A stretch of 64,000 bases of DNA from Orbicella franksi. Lineage: Eukaryota. The DNA lies in NCBI GenBank assembly GCA_964199315.1, contig OZ116709.1:23808001-23872000 (forward strand). The letters are read 5' to 3'. Every line of letters starts with the position of its first letter. Position 1 is the first letter of the stretch. The notes under the pieces were generated by a model. That model was given only the letters and a program-made list of their open reading frames with translations. It was not told the DNA's origin and did no database searches. This document shows positions 25,060-37,799 of the stretch, in pieces. The translations under genes were made by a program, and so were the position numbers.

Positions 25060-26810
25060 GATGATAACGTCTGGACCCTCTTACGCCTCTGATCTCGAAT
25101 TCTCGAACGTTTGATCAAAACTTCTTCAAGTGTTCTTCTCTTGTGGTTTGGATCTGAAAACAGAACAGTGGACGCGATGAATTACGCCATCAGTGGAAGA
25201 CAAATCTGTGCTTATTCACGACCATGCAGAACATACTATGGCAGATTAATGAGAGGTTTACCACCTTCATTAATAATTTCAGCAGCTGAACTAATTTAAG
25301 AGCGTGGGTTTTCCGTGATAAATGTTCCCCTCAGCAAACACGCTTGTCAGTTGCTCTTGACAGATTCACTGGCTGCTTTGTTGCTTGGTGCGTCTCCAGA
25401 CAACTGCAGTGTACGATACTGAAGCATCAGTTGGTCGCCGAGATAGCTTGAAGGCATATCAATTATTATTTGTGATAAAAAATGGCTTACATGGCTCAGA
25501 CAGAATAAATACGTTTGAAAATTAGCGAACGAAGACGAGTAGCCTGCAGAGAGGTAATTGAGAAAGACAGCTCGTCAAAGTACGCAATAAAATTCGTTTA
25601 ATTAATCGAAATAAAATTCAGACGTCTAAAAACTTTCGGAATAAAGAGACTGTTAGTGGGTAGCTGTCAAAAAGAAAAACCCAGCTAAAAATTTGAAGGA
25701 AAGAAACTTAGCAGTAAGTTTTCTGGTGTAATTAACTTGTGATTTATGCAAATTCGAAACCAAACAATAGCAAAGGGCAATTTAAAGAACGGAATAAAAA
25801 AAGATAGTCATTACTGCAGGGCCAGCGAGAGTAATTAGTAATGCAACGAAAGGATATCATATCACGCTCATTTATCAAAAGTAGATAGGACAATATGCAG
25901 TGATAAATCGCTGTTTTATAAGCACATGGTGAGCTGAAACTGACATGGTACATTATAAAGATACTATCTCTTCCGACATTGTCAAAATAGATGGAAAATT
26001 TAATTAAATTCGGGAGTCAATTTTTAAAAACACTGATATTTGTGATAGTCGTGGAGTTTGATGGCGTACCAATTTATTGTTAGTGGGAGTTTCTTAGTTC
26101 AACCCTTTTCTTGCAGCTGTCTTTTTTCCGAAGGGCTAAAACTGCTTAAAACTCAGCAGTTTGGTGGCATACATATTCATTTTAAACGGTAATGTGGGAA
26201 AAGATCTCGCGAACTCTACAGAGTGTACTGAAGTAGATAAATAATTTAAAACTATTCTCGTAGGCCTTCCAGTTTAAAATTTACAGCCAGACATCCCTAA
26301 TCGAGCAAAACACGAAACGCAAGGTTCATGTTTCGAACATCATTCTCTCGGTCTTATGATATGGAATTGAACGATACATTTGTACTGATTTGTGGCTGCC
26401 GGTTAGTAATGATGTGCGCAAAACTGGGGACACAAAGGACAGATTATTTACATCGATACAATTTAGATGTGACAGGTTGAAATTTACGGAGGCATGAGGC
26501 TGATTAGACAGCATATTGAAAACAATATTAACTTCGCAATAGACCTTTTTAGCTTGCGTGGTTTGTTGCCCCATTTCAGACCATGTGATGTCTCGTTTTC
26601 AACTTTTCAAGAAGTCGCCTGTATATGAATGAATAGTTTTTAGATGGATAAAAGAACAAATTCTCCAGAGATAATCACGTGGTCTGTAAGGAGTAAACAA
26701 ACCACCCAAGCTAAAAAAGGTCTATTGATTCACCGGTTCTGCTATTATTGTTACGCATTCTAATTTTTTAAAAAAAATACTAAACTAGTGAGTAGCACTC
26801 TGCAAACTAA

Positions 26811-27090
26811 GGCCACGTCTACACTACGCGGGAGAAATTTGAAAACACAGCTTTTTTTCTACGGTTGGGCCTACCTTCCCCACCAATGCGTCACGAAAAC
26901 GGAGCTTTTTGAAAACGCTCTTCAAACCAGAGGAACTTGAAAACGCCGGCTTTGCGTTTTACTGGGGACGGAAAACATTTTGAAAACGGGACTTTTCAAA
27001 AACGATGACGTCACGATAACCGTGTGATTCCCGGATGAGTTTTCCTCAACTGATGTTTTTAAATTTCTCCGGCGTAGTGTGGACGGAGCC
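26811..27090. mobile_element. PIF/Harbinger-like MITE (~280 bp)
   Basis: TIRs ggccacgtctacactacgcgggagaaatttgaaaac / gtttttaaatttctccggcgtagtgtggacggagcc. Preceded by TAA; the right TSD is not preserved. Confidence 0.7.
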
Positions 27091-30000
27091 GAGTTGTTGT
27101 ACTTGTTTATTCTCTGATGCGTTTCGCCTAACCATAGTAGACTTCTTTAAAGAGTTTCACAAACATACACTAAACGCCTGTATTTAAACCTTACTAGTTG
27201 CTATTTCGAGGAACACAAATCACAAAGGTTTGGCCGGATGTACGAAAGGGAACAGGCGAGACTGTGAAGTGTTTACATAAGGCGTGATAAAGTTCTCACT
27301 CGGTTACTGCTTGCACAATCCTCTGTTCTACCACGAGGAAGTCCAAGCCAGGTTAACTCCGTCTCAAAAATCCAGTTGACAAACAGAAGGAATAGTCAAA
27401 CACAGACTTGTCGAAAGAAAAACGCAATCAAAAAACATATGGTTTATGGCATTGAAACGGTGATAATTGCGCATGCAAATATCAAAAGCGTTTTTTCAAA
27501 GTGTAGATTTTAGCGAAAATTTTAATAATTGTGTGAAGTTCGCACTCAACCTTTCTGCAGGGTCTTAATATTTTATACGAGACAATCAAATGAGGGTCAC
27601 AAAAACAGGAAAATTAGACGCGACTAAACTATCGCACCATGAATTGTTTTGGTTTACAGGGTCGGTTGTGAGTAAGATGCCTTTGACTGTGGCGGCGGGA
27701 ACAATAACAAACGTTTAAGGATAAATTTTCACCTTTGTGACGGACGTTTTAGCTGTGATCAGATCACTGTGTTAAGCTGGTACATTTATGCTCGGCTGTG
27801 TTCGGTGTGTTGTCTACTCGATCTGCTCTTTCAATCCGCCGCGGCCAGGTGTTATTTTTTCATCGTCACTTTGCAAATTCCCTCCCTCTAAACTAATGGT
27901 TTTTATCTGCAGCCAATGACCACCAAATGCAGGCGGAATCGAAGAAATCACTGTTAATTGGATAGAGAGCCTGGCACACTAAAACAAATTAACCTTAATC
28001 CTTTTATAGGGTTTACTTATTTTCTTTTTTTCATTGACAGGGATAAATAAAATCGCAGTCGGAGTAGGGCTCCTTATCTGAAGTCTGATCGGGGATGTCT
28101 CACCAACAGCCAGCCCTGTTTTACATCATTTGCTGACACTGGAGACTCAGTTTAATCTGCTTGGAGAATCTATGACGGAAAACTCACTCTGAGATCTCCA
28201 CGAGAGAGCATTTCATCGCCGATTTACAATGTACAAGTGATTCGGCTACAAATGTACTATTTATAACGGTCTGATCCCTCTGAACATTGCACGCACCCGG
28301 CTCAGCAGCTCAGATCATAAGCATCGTGTTAGATCTGGCTGCACCCAAGGGAGTTAAGTAGATACCGCCCCCTTAAACGTTTCCATTGATTGTCTACATC
28401 AGAATGCTGCTGTTACCGCGGTCTAAGAATATCAACCATGACTAACTAATTACAATTTAGAAACAGAATACATTCACGGCGAGCTATGACCAGGTACAAA
28501 ATGTTAAAAGCAACAAACGTCGCTAACCTGTGGCAAAGTATTTCCCAAAGTCAAAAGTTGGACCAGCCAGTTATTGCTAAAACCCGTTTCATTCATGTCA
28601 GGCGTTATCTCGATAATTTTTTAACCGGGTGTTTTATCACAAAAGGATTGAGAAATCCTCGATTTATTCAATCATTATTATGATATTCACGACTGACGCT
28701 TTTAGGAGAAGGCTAGAAGTCAAGTTTGGCTTTATAAATGGCATAATGACCTTCACGAGGGGTAAAATTTCACTGAGTAAATCTCAAACGCAATACAACC
28801 CGAGCGAAAGTCAGTCCAACGGTTCATCCTCTAGCAGTGTAAACGTCGATAACGGAAAGAAAACACTTTAAATATAATCTTAACATGAGGACTCTGCCGT
28901 TAAACTGTGAAGAATAAACAAATAAACATTAAACTGTGTTTACACATAGCCGCGCTGCATTACCTATCAGTGATGTTTTAAATCTCTGAAGACTTCCCCG
29001 GTTGCTTTGCAGATTAGGAATCACCCTTAGCCAGGAACAACTGCTTGGTTTTGTCGAATCTAAGAGCGTGATTGTAACGTGTATCTAGTCCCAACAGTTG
29101 CACAGAACGGAGACACTTTGCCCTCTAATCCGTCGAAAGGAGAAGTGGGAACTGTCAAGAGATTACGAACACGTCATTTTTGCGTCACCAGCAACACATG
29201 TTCCTAATATCCCTCTCTTAATTGTTCCTTTAAAAAATCATCATCAGGTAAACTGTGGAGTCATACAGAGTAGAAGAAAGACTGCCGTGCTACTTAAAAT
29301 CGGACAGAGATAAGACCAATCATTGAAACTTTCCTGCCCACGCTCACATTAAAATACCTCCAAATTTCATAACATCACCTGACAATATCTGATCTATGGA
29401 ATGTTATATGATTTGCCGACTTCAGTGTTCCTTGATAAGATTCTGGGGGGTGCAGTCGCAGTTATTTTCGGAGGACATGCTGCTTGTTAGTCGAAATAGT
29501 TTCTCTGTTTTCTACATCGTTAATGATAATTGTAAGGCAAATAAAATAAAAATATGGTACCGTCATAAAGGATTGCTCCATATTACACTAAAAGGACTAA
29601 AAAGGTAAGATCTTCAACGCGAGCACGGTATTCAAAGTAAAAAGGTTGCAACGCCATGGCCTTAAACATTTCCTCCTGGAAACAAAACCGGATCGTACTT
29701 CAGCTCAACTCAAATCTCCTTGGATAAAGCACTCGACATTTTGATTGAACTTTCTAAAAGTATCATCGAAGATAGTGTAAAGGTATTTAGCCCCTTGTAA
29801 ATCCTCTGTTCTTTTCGTTCCACTGCTTGTTTTGCCGACATACTGTCGGGTCGGAGTGCTTGAAGAGGAGTGGGAGAGAATACAGATCAGAATGCTTACC
29901 CCGAAAATTCTCCTGTCTGTCAGCCCCGGCAGTCTAAACTTAAATGCAAGAACCCACATTTGTTATTCGGTGTCACGACTTAGTCTTAATCCTAAAAGCG

Positions 30001-31329
30001 GAATTGAAACCGGGAAGACCATCTCGACAGTGAGCAATTGACTTGTAACTGATAGTAAGGTCAACGATATATGTAATACTGAATAAGGATAAACGTCCAA
30101 CTGAAGAGGATAATTGTATGAAAAGTAGATCGACATGCAATTTCTCCTTACAGCTCAATGCACTGTTACTCAGGCAAGTGACGAAAGTCATCAGTAGCCC
30201 GGGAGATATTGCCTTTAAACATCTCTTTGAGTAAGTTGGTGGTGTTGGTGGGCCGGAAGAGTATTGACTCGAGCGTAGGAAGGAAGCTGTTAGCTCTCCA
30301 GGTCATGATAACGAACTGCTTGTAGTTGGAAAATTCATCAGTGAGCCAAATGTATCCTAGCTATCAGCAATTTGAATTGATCAATCTTAAGAAGGATTCG
30401 AGAAATTTCATGGGCATCCAAAGGTCAAGTATAATGGATTAGGAAAATCAATTAAAAACACGAAAGGACAAAAGACATCTAGAGTTCAGTAAGGAGCACC
30501 ATCGACTATTTTTTGTTAAATGAAAAACCTCGCCGGCTTTGAGGTTACTGTAGTTCATATAAGTTTACTTCCAATGTTGAAGACATACCAGAAAGATAAT
30601 TTGTGCAAGTTCTGAGGATTTCTAAGGACACGTGGAAGATGAAATGAAACAGACATGCATGGCAGTATGCTGCGTTCAAAGTGAATAAATCTCGTATTTA
30701 ACCTGATGACTGAAATAGCCAAGCCAAAATGAATTTAGCAAATTTCCGAAAGTCAACAGGATCATAAGCATTACGCCATGCGAACGAGATCATGGAAAAT
30801 GAAAGAATAGTCCAAGTACAAATTAATGAAACATTGATTTGGGGAGTGGGCATTCTTCTGTGTCTTCTGTTTTCAGAGCAAAGTGATTACACATAGCTCA
30901 AAGTGTTCACTTTGAGGATTATCTTGACGAGTAGCCAAATTATACTTAAATTACACTTGTGTGAAGTGTGATAAGGGTCTGTTGATCTCACATGACATAT
31001 CTCAAATACTTCTTATTTGACTGTGCTAAAAACTGTGACAAAATTTCGCTTTGACTAACTCCAGAGCGTGTGGTACTGCTGTTAGAGAGTTGGGCTTCTT
31101 TTTTAGTTAGTAAAGGGGTTAGGGGTTAGATACATGCAGGTATCACCTAACCCAACAGTAATAAGTCTGTTAACCGCAATTAACAAGAATTTGATTATGC
31201 ATTGGCTAAAAGTCCTAAAATTCTGGAAATAATAACCTCAGGTAATGGAAAGCTAAATGCTTAGAAACTGTGTCCTTAGAAACTGTGCAGGAATCAGTCT
31301 GGCTCACTTTCTTTTTATATGTTATTCAA

Positions 31330-31542
31330 CGATAATAATAATAATATAATGATAATAACGGTTTATTGGCAGAGTTTCCAGGGGAAAGGCCGTTTCTTCA
31401 GCAGCTAACTTAGGGTCCATTACCAGCCGCTGTTTCGGGAAGTGAGCCCGCGCTTACCCATGGAAGAGTTTCTTCTTGGGAAGGAACGAGACCGGAGCCG
31501 AACAAGTAGCGGAAAATTTCTAACCACTGCTACGGAGACTGG
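31330..31542 (-). mobile_element. tRNA-derived SINE with (ATT)n tail
   Basis: The minus strand begins with A-box-like TAGCAGTGGTTAG and B-box-like GTTCGGCTCC, and ends in a TAT/ATT microsatellite (aataataat at ~31330-31358). Confidence 0.55.
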
Positions 31543-34304
31543 AGTTACGCTTAAAACATGCTTGAGGTTAAACACTACTAAGATCTTAAAAGACTAATGC
31601 GCGCGACTGATAAAAGAGTTACAACACATTCTTGAAGATATTTTCGAGTTGTACTAAAAAGCCCGTCTCTGTTCTTCAACTAATGAACCATAAAATAGAC
31701 CTTCTCAGACGTCAGAGTGTGCTATAAAGCATTCGTATCTTGAACTTATTTACTGTAAAAGGCATTCCAGCGGGACTTCCATAAAAATAAACTTTGAGAA
31801 AAGTTCTATAAATGCACTTTAGGTTATGTTTCGTTATCTTGAACTTATTTCAAGCGCACGTGTTGTCGGAGCATGTATAGACAAAAAAACAAAACAAAAA
31901 AAAAAAAAACAGAGAATATGTCGAAGATCTAAAAGCTTGCACGCAATCGAAAATTACTTTTACTTTGTAGACTTTTCTTTATCTCACTCTTTGCATTATC
32001 TTTCCTTCAGAAAACAGTTTTTCATTATAGCTTCGGTGTATATTTTAAAAACACTTTGGAGTGTTTGCGTGCCATAAAAAATAAGATAAGAACGTTATCT
32101 CTGTATTAAGTTAATCCTTACTTTCCTGTGTGTCTGATGAAGCTCCGGGTCACCATGCACATAAGTCGACAATACAGAAATACAGGTATAGCTTTTTTTT
32201 TAATTTTTCTGGAGTTGCGATAGTCGATGGATGAAAATAGTCACTGTTTCAGACAAATCGCCATCAAGTAGAATGCGATTGACTCAATTCAAGAAAAAGA
32301 ACTAAAGAAGTGTTCCACTGAGATAAGTGATCAGGCGGAACTGAAATCGGTTTGAAGGTCATTGGTATTTTAATTAAGATCAGATTGGCTTTCAAACGCT
32401 TCGTTTCAAAATTCGACATAAATTGTGTACCCCCAAAAATTCCAAGCTAGAACGCGACCCTCAGCAGGTTATAATGGTCAAGTGACAAAAACTATTGGCT
32501 GGTATCGCTAGTGTTTGGCTCTCAATAGAGTGACAAGTATATATTGCGTTTAATGATGAACATATTCAGTTTCAAAGTAGTTACGATGGATTGAGAGCCG
32601 TGGTTAACAGATAAATAGATAATGGCTTATACTACTCTCTAGTTCTAGGAGTAACCTTTACAGGTAGCTGTTCTCGATTGTTACAGTTGACTACGATTTA
32701 AGTGTATTGAAATAATAGATCGATGGAGAGACAGCGCGGAGAATACTGCACGGTCACTACTGACAGAGGTTTGTACTTGCGCAGTCAAGTCCCAGGCCCG
32801 AGAACTAAAGTGTGTCTAAACTAAATCAAACTCACCAGAAACCTTAAGAACATTATCTACGAAAAAAGCGCTTTATTTGAGGAGATAGAGTTTTTCTTTT
32901 CAAGTTACGCACATAAAAAACATCAGATGCTAAGAAGATCTCTGCTTCATAAGCGATAAACCAGATAACATGTACTGACAACTATCTGCGAAAACTTGTG
33001 CCAATGGAAAAACAAATAAAGACCAAGAAACTCACCGTCTTGAAAGTATGTGTTTTTTAGAAAGTGATTAAATTTTGACTGACTCAACTCACGGTGTCGA
33101 CGACTTTGTAGCTGGGATGTCTCGGTGCTGTTTGGCAACAAGATAAAGCCTAGAGGTTAGAATAAGGGTCGTGGCGTTTACGAAAGACGATATCGCAAAT
33201 GTCAGAGTTGCTCTTGGAAACTCCCTTAAGAATGCTACAACAATGAAAAGCCCATTATTGAATTGATGTTTTCTGCCAAAGCCTGCCACTCTAAAATCAA
33301 CAGCATTCCTGAGAAGAGTACTCCAGTCTCCCTGGAGTTTTATTCCCTGTTCTCAAGCGCTTCTAAGTCTGTCACCGAAACTCAACTAACATGATTTTTG
33401 CAGTCTGGGGGTGAAATTGATAAGTTCGGCTTTCCATCACTTGAAGTTACTTTCGGTTATCATATCGGCTTAGAAGTGTTCTACCGGAAAATGAGTGATT
33501 GGTTGCATTAGAGAGCAATTTGCTTATTTGCACAATTACGAGTTAAAACGCCGTTCTTTGTCTTTGTGGTCATAGAAGGACGAAGAAAATAATTCGATCA
33601 CACAATCCTCAGTGAATTCGATTTGAACTGGAACACCTCATATTTGAACGAGCTTCGTTGGCTTTAGACGTCTAGCTTCCCAGCACGTCAACTCCTCATG
33701 TATTTCTTCCTAATAAAGCTTATAATAGGTTATGTAAGCAGCTTTTGTGTGTACGCATTTGGTTTAATATATTAAATAAGCAGAGAATTAAAAGCATTCT
33801 TTAATAAGATATTACACACACTTCACGCTCAGTTCTGTGTGCAGTGTCCGTTTCAGTGCATAAGTTGTCCCCGACTGATTGACAACACTAATAAAATAGA
33901 GATGAAAGAGGACGACAACAAAAGATCAATTTGTCAAGATTCGTCTGATGGACTGGAAAGGAAACAAATCTCCACCATTCTTTTCCGACGTGACATTATG
34001 AAGGAATCACTTTAACCCTGCGAACTTACGGTATGAATCGTTTTTGTTCATGTTTTTGCTGGGTTTATTCGCATTAACAGTAACAGGTCTTACAAGCCTA
34101 AGAACATTGCCCCATCATGTCGCTCTGAGAGAGCTGATGCTAACATTTTTAGGTGATTGTATTCAGCTAGCTAACAATACATGACAAAGTGTTTTGAATA
34201 CCTTCACTTCCCAAAAACCACAGGATATTGTAAAGAAATCACAAACACTTCCAATTCTGACACAAAAAGAAATTCAAACAATTAGCGAATAACTATCATT
34301 TGAG

Positions 34305-34500
34305 GGGGCGTGTTAAAGACACGAAATGACGAAATGACGAAATGACGAAATGGCACCACGGTTAGCCCAAATAGCACTCAGGTTAGCCTAAATATCACTC
34401 ACTCGACAGCGGTTTACTCTCAATAATTGAAAGAGTAACCCCTACGGACACCCGTATTCCACATTGACTTGCCATTTCGTCATTTCGTGTTGCACGCCCC
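34305..34500. mobile_element. MITE (~196 bp) with ACGAAATG subterminal repeats and 7-bp TSD
   Basis: TIRs ggggcgtg..acacgaaatgacgaaatg / catttcgtcatttcgtgttgcacgcccc. ATTTGAG lies on both sides (34298-34304, 34501-34507). Confidence 0.8.
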
Positions 34501-37500
34501 ATTTGAGGAATACAATCTTGAACCACTCGGGGCTATGCACTTAGAAACTGTATGTATAGATTGCAACAAAGTCTGCCGCTGTACATCGATAAACGAAATG
34601 AATACCATAGAATATTATTCTTACAATTTTTACGGTTAATGACAATGTATTGCTGAAGTAGCTCTAAACACAATCTGCGGTGCGGCACCAAACTCGGCTA
34701 CAGTAGAAATTCCAATGTTGAATGAACTAACTGGAAGACAAAGGAGAAGCCGAGAACAGTGGACGGGATTCTTGCTCCATTAATAGTCTATAAGTGGATG
34801 AACTCAAATAAGACGTTGCTCTAATTAGAGAAAAAATAAATTCAAAAGAGAATTTTTAATGAGGTGCAAAATGTTATCTAAAATCATCACTGTTGCAACC
34901 CTTTTTTGATTAGACTGAAGAGCATTTATGTGTATGTTATTTCGTCTTTGTCGATTTAATTGCATTTTACTCTTATTCTTTGGCATTTGTTGTTTATTTC
35001 TATTATATCTACTTTCTCTTTGATTCATGCTTGACTGAATGCCTGGCCGTTTTATTTTCATAATTCAACTTATCGATTTTCTGTCATGTTCAGTTCGTTT
35101 TGTCATAGTGTCAGTATGCCACCGGATACGTAATAAGTGTTATTTACAAAAAAGGAAACAAAGAGGGAAAAGGACGTTTGTGATTTTCCCAGCTGACGAT
35201 GAAAAGCTGCAGTACATACTGAACTGAAAACTTAAAACAAATTGAAGATGGAAAAACGTAATTTTTACGGACGAAGAGTTAAGATTCGAATGCTAGGCTG
35301 AGACATTTTAAAGCAAGTAATATTACTTTAGTGTTGACTTACTATAAACAGCAAAGCAACCAATCCACTATCCCCTGCTGAGCTAGGAATCTGGATTTCA
35401 AGTGCAGGCCACTTACTTATGCGAAGGATTACCACAATGTTTTCCCTTAAATCTTCATTATAGCACTTGTCAAGCAACTCCTCATCAGTATTTAACAGAG
35501 TGTTGAAAAATAAACATCCTTTCCTTTTCAAACAGGAAAACGTGCTGTCTTTGTGCAAATTTTGTATTTTTTCCGCGCAGCCTTGAGGGGTCGGTTTTAT
35601 GTATGCGCAGTTTAGTTGGGTGTTTTGCTGGTTGAGTGCTCTTGTTTTCAAAACAAACCGAACACAAAAGATTGATCTTAACTTTTCTCCTGTGAAAACA
35701 AACAATACGATTTTGGTTCTTTCTATTCAATAAAGTATGATTTCAGCACTGACATTTCATGTTACCTTATATCCAAATCGCTAGCAATTATCGGGGAATC
35801 TTTATCTGCCCTTAGGAAGCGTTACTTTAAGAGTTGCTTTGTTCGGTACAGTGAGCTTTAATCAGCAACGAAGTGAGCTATTAATGATCTCTTATATATA
35901 CCGTTAGCTCCTAAACATCAAGATAACATCACTTAATAGTAGGATATTCCTTAAATATTAAGAATGAGTTGAGATAAAAGTTTTCACGCCTAATAAATTA
36001 ATGCCAGAATTGAAATTGTTGTGATGATCAGATCGTGATCAGATAACTCATTCATTGGGAGCTGCACTGAACAACATCTGTTCCTCGCGCACGCCGATTT
36101 TCGCTGATTTTTGCCTTTATTTTCTCAACTTTAATGAAAACAATAACTATTATAGCAGGACGTTTCTCTAGCACTCCTTGAAACAAACAAATATTTAAAA
36201 ATGTTGATGAAAACAGCTCTGAAGGCTATAGTCAAGAGAAGTGACATCAACACTTGTTTTTCAGAACCAGTGGTTTCTCTCAGCATGTGGACTTCAGTGG
36301 GTAGCATTCTAAATAAAACTCTGTTGAATTTTGTCTGATTAAACTTGCTGATACGTGAAGCCAATTTGTCATTTTCTAACGTCTGCTTACGATAAATATG
36401 AATTCATAAATCTCTGCAGAATAATAATCTTTCCGCTTGATGTAAAGTTTTTCTAGAGGACGTGGCTAAACTTATTACAAGGAAATAATCATGACCCGGC
36501 CAAAATCAACTCAATGTTTCTGTGTTGATGCAACTTATTCGCAATGCGTTTGACTTACCAGTCAAGATGTCTGCCAGAACACTGCCTCACCTGGGAGACA
36601 TTAGTCCGCTTTAAAATGTATGACGAGCAAGGTATAACAGAACAGAACAAAGCAGTAAACATTGCACACTCTACTACACATGGGCAATTTACGCCAAAGG
36701 GCATCATTTCGTTTAAAACTTACCGAAAACTGTTAGCTGTTTTTCTTTGCTAGTTTCTGTTCCCGAACTGGTTTAATAGCGTGTTAGTCATGAGTTTTAA
36801 GAAAGAACCGAAGATAAATTGGCGAAGCGAAAATAAACGAATTAATGTAATGAAATGTGGATTGAGGAAATTAACGCGCCCGATATGAATTATTGAAAAG
36901 TCATATGCATTAGTCGTCAGCTCAGGCTAATGGCTTTTCAGCAGAATTCAAAATTAAACCAATTTTTTTAAAGCGGGCTACAGTAAATGTGTTTGGTTCC
37001 AAAATGAAAAGAGGTGTATATAAATCAACACAAGGACGCAAGAAAAATAAAAAGGTGATTGCAAACTTTGACAGATCAATCGTCATGCAAGACTGTAATT
37101 AAAAGTTGGAGCGAAGACACTGATGGCCTTGTGAATCGACTCTTAATGTAAGTGATAAACTCTTTAGAAAGCCCATCCATCAAACCTGTTTTTATTGACG
37201 GCGAAGAAGGTTTTTAAAGTTCTATTTGTTCAATTTGTAAATAATAAGCACCCACGAATTATGACAAAATTTGGGAAGCTGTTGACCATGTTAGTTGCTT
37301 GTGACATCGTAACTTTGACTAGACTGCATGAGCCGAAGTGTTTTATATATAGAAATTCAATTATATCGACATTCTTGAACCAGAAGAGAAAATTTGGGCC
37401 CCGTCCTGATATTCCAGGATTTAGATGTGAGCAGGTTCAATCTTGAAAGCTTAAGGGAGATATTACAGCAGTAAAAGAGGAAAAACTTAAGCAAATGTCA

Positions 37501-37650
37501 ACATTTCCCACGTTGCTCTTACCTGCTTAGATCCGAGAGGCTTGTGGCTTGCTGTCTCTCAGCTGATCACTGTCACGGTTTCCCGCGCCTTTTGTCTGAT
37601 TATTGTCTTGAGAATGAGGCTAGAGGAGGAAAGGACTGGGCAACCGTGCC

Positions 37651-37719
37651 ATGGCGGAAATGCGAAGTAATGAGGTTATCTGCCGAAGTAACGAGAAGCG
37701 ACTTAAGTATTTGAAATGA
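37651..37719 (+). promoter_or_regulatory. 22-codon upstream ORF in strong Kozak context (or alternative first coding exon) of the SLC2A gene
   Basis: GCCATGG start; MAEMRSNEVICRSNEKRLKYLK*, ending 80 nt before the main ATG (37800). It contains phase-1 GTAAT/GTAAC donor-like sites. Confidence 0.4.
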
Positions 37720-37799
37720 ACTCACTGAAATTCAGTCAAAGATCCAACTTAATGCGGAGATGACGTAGATTTCTCACCGGCCCCATATTAAAAGAAGCG

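Noticed and set aside
29400-31000. Coding-like stretch (e.g. QISLDKALDILIELSKSIIEDSVKV on +)
   Set aside because: Frequent stops in all frames and no recognisable motif; probably an old pseudogene or TE remnant that needs a translated search.
32740-33700. Degenerate coding-like region on the minus strand
   Set aside because: Fragmented frames and no assignable domain.
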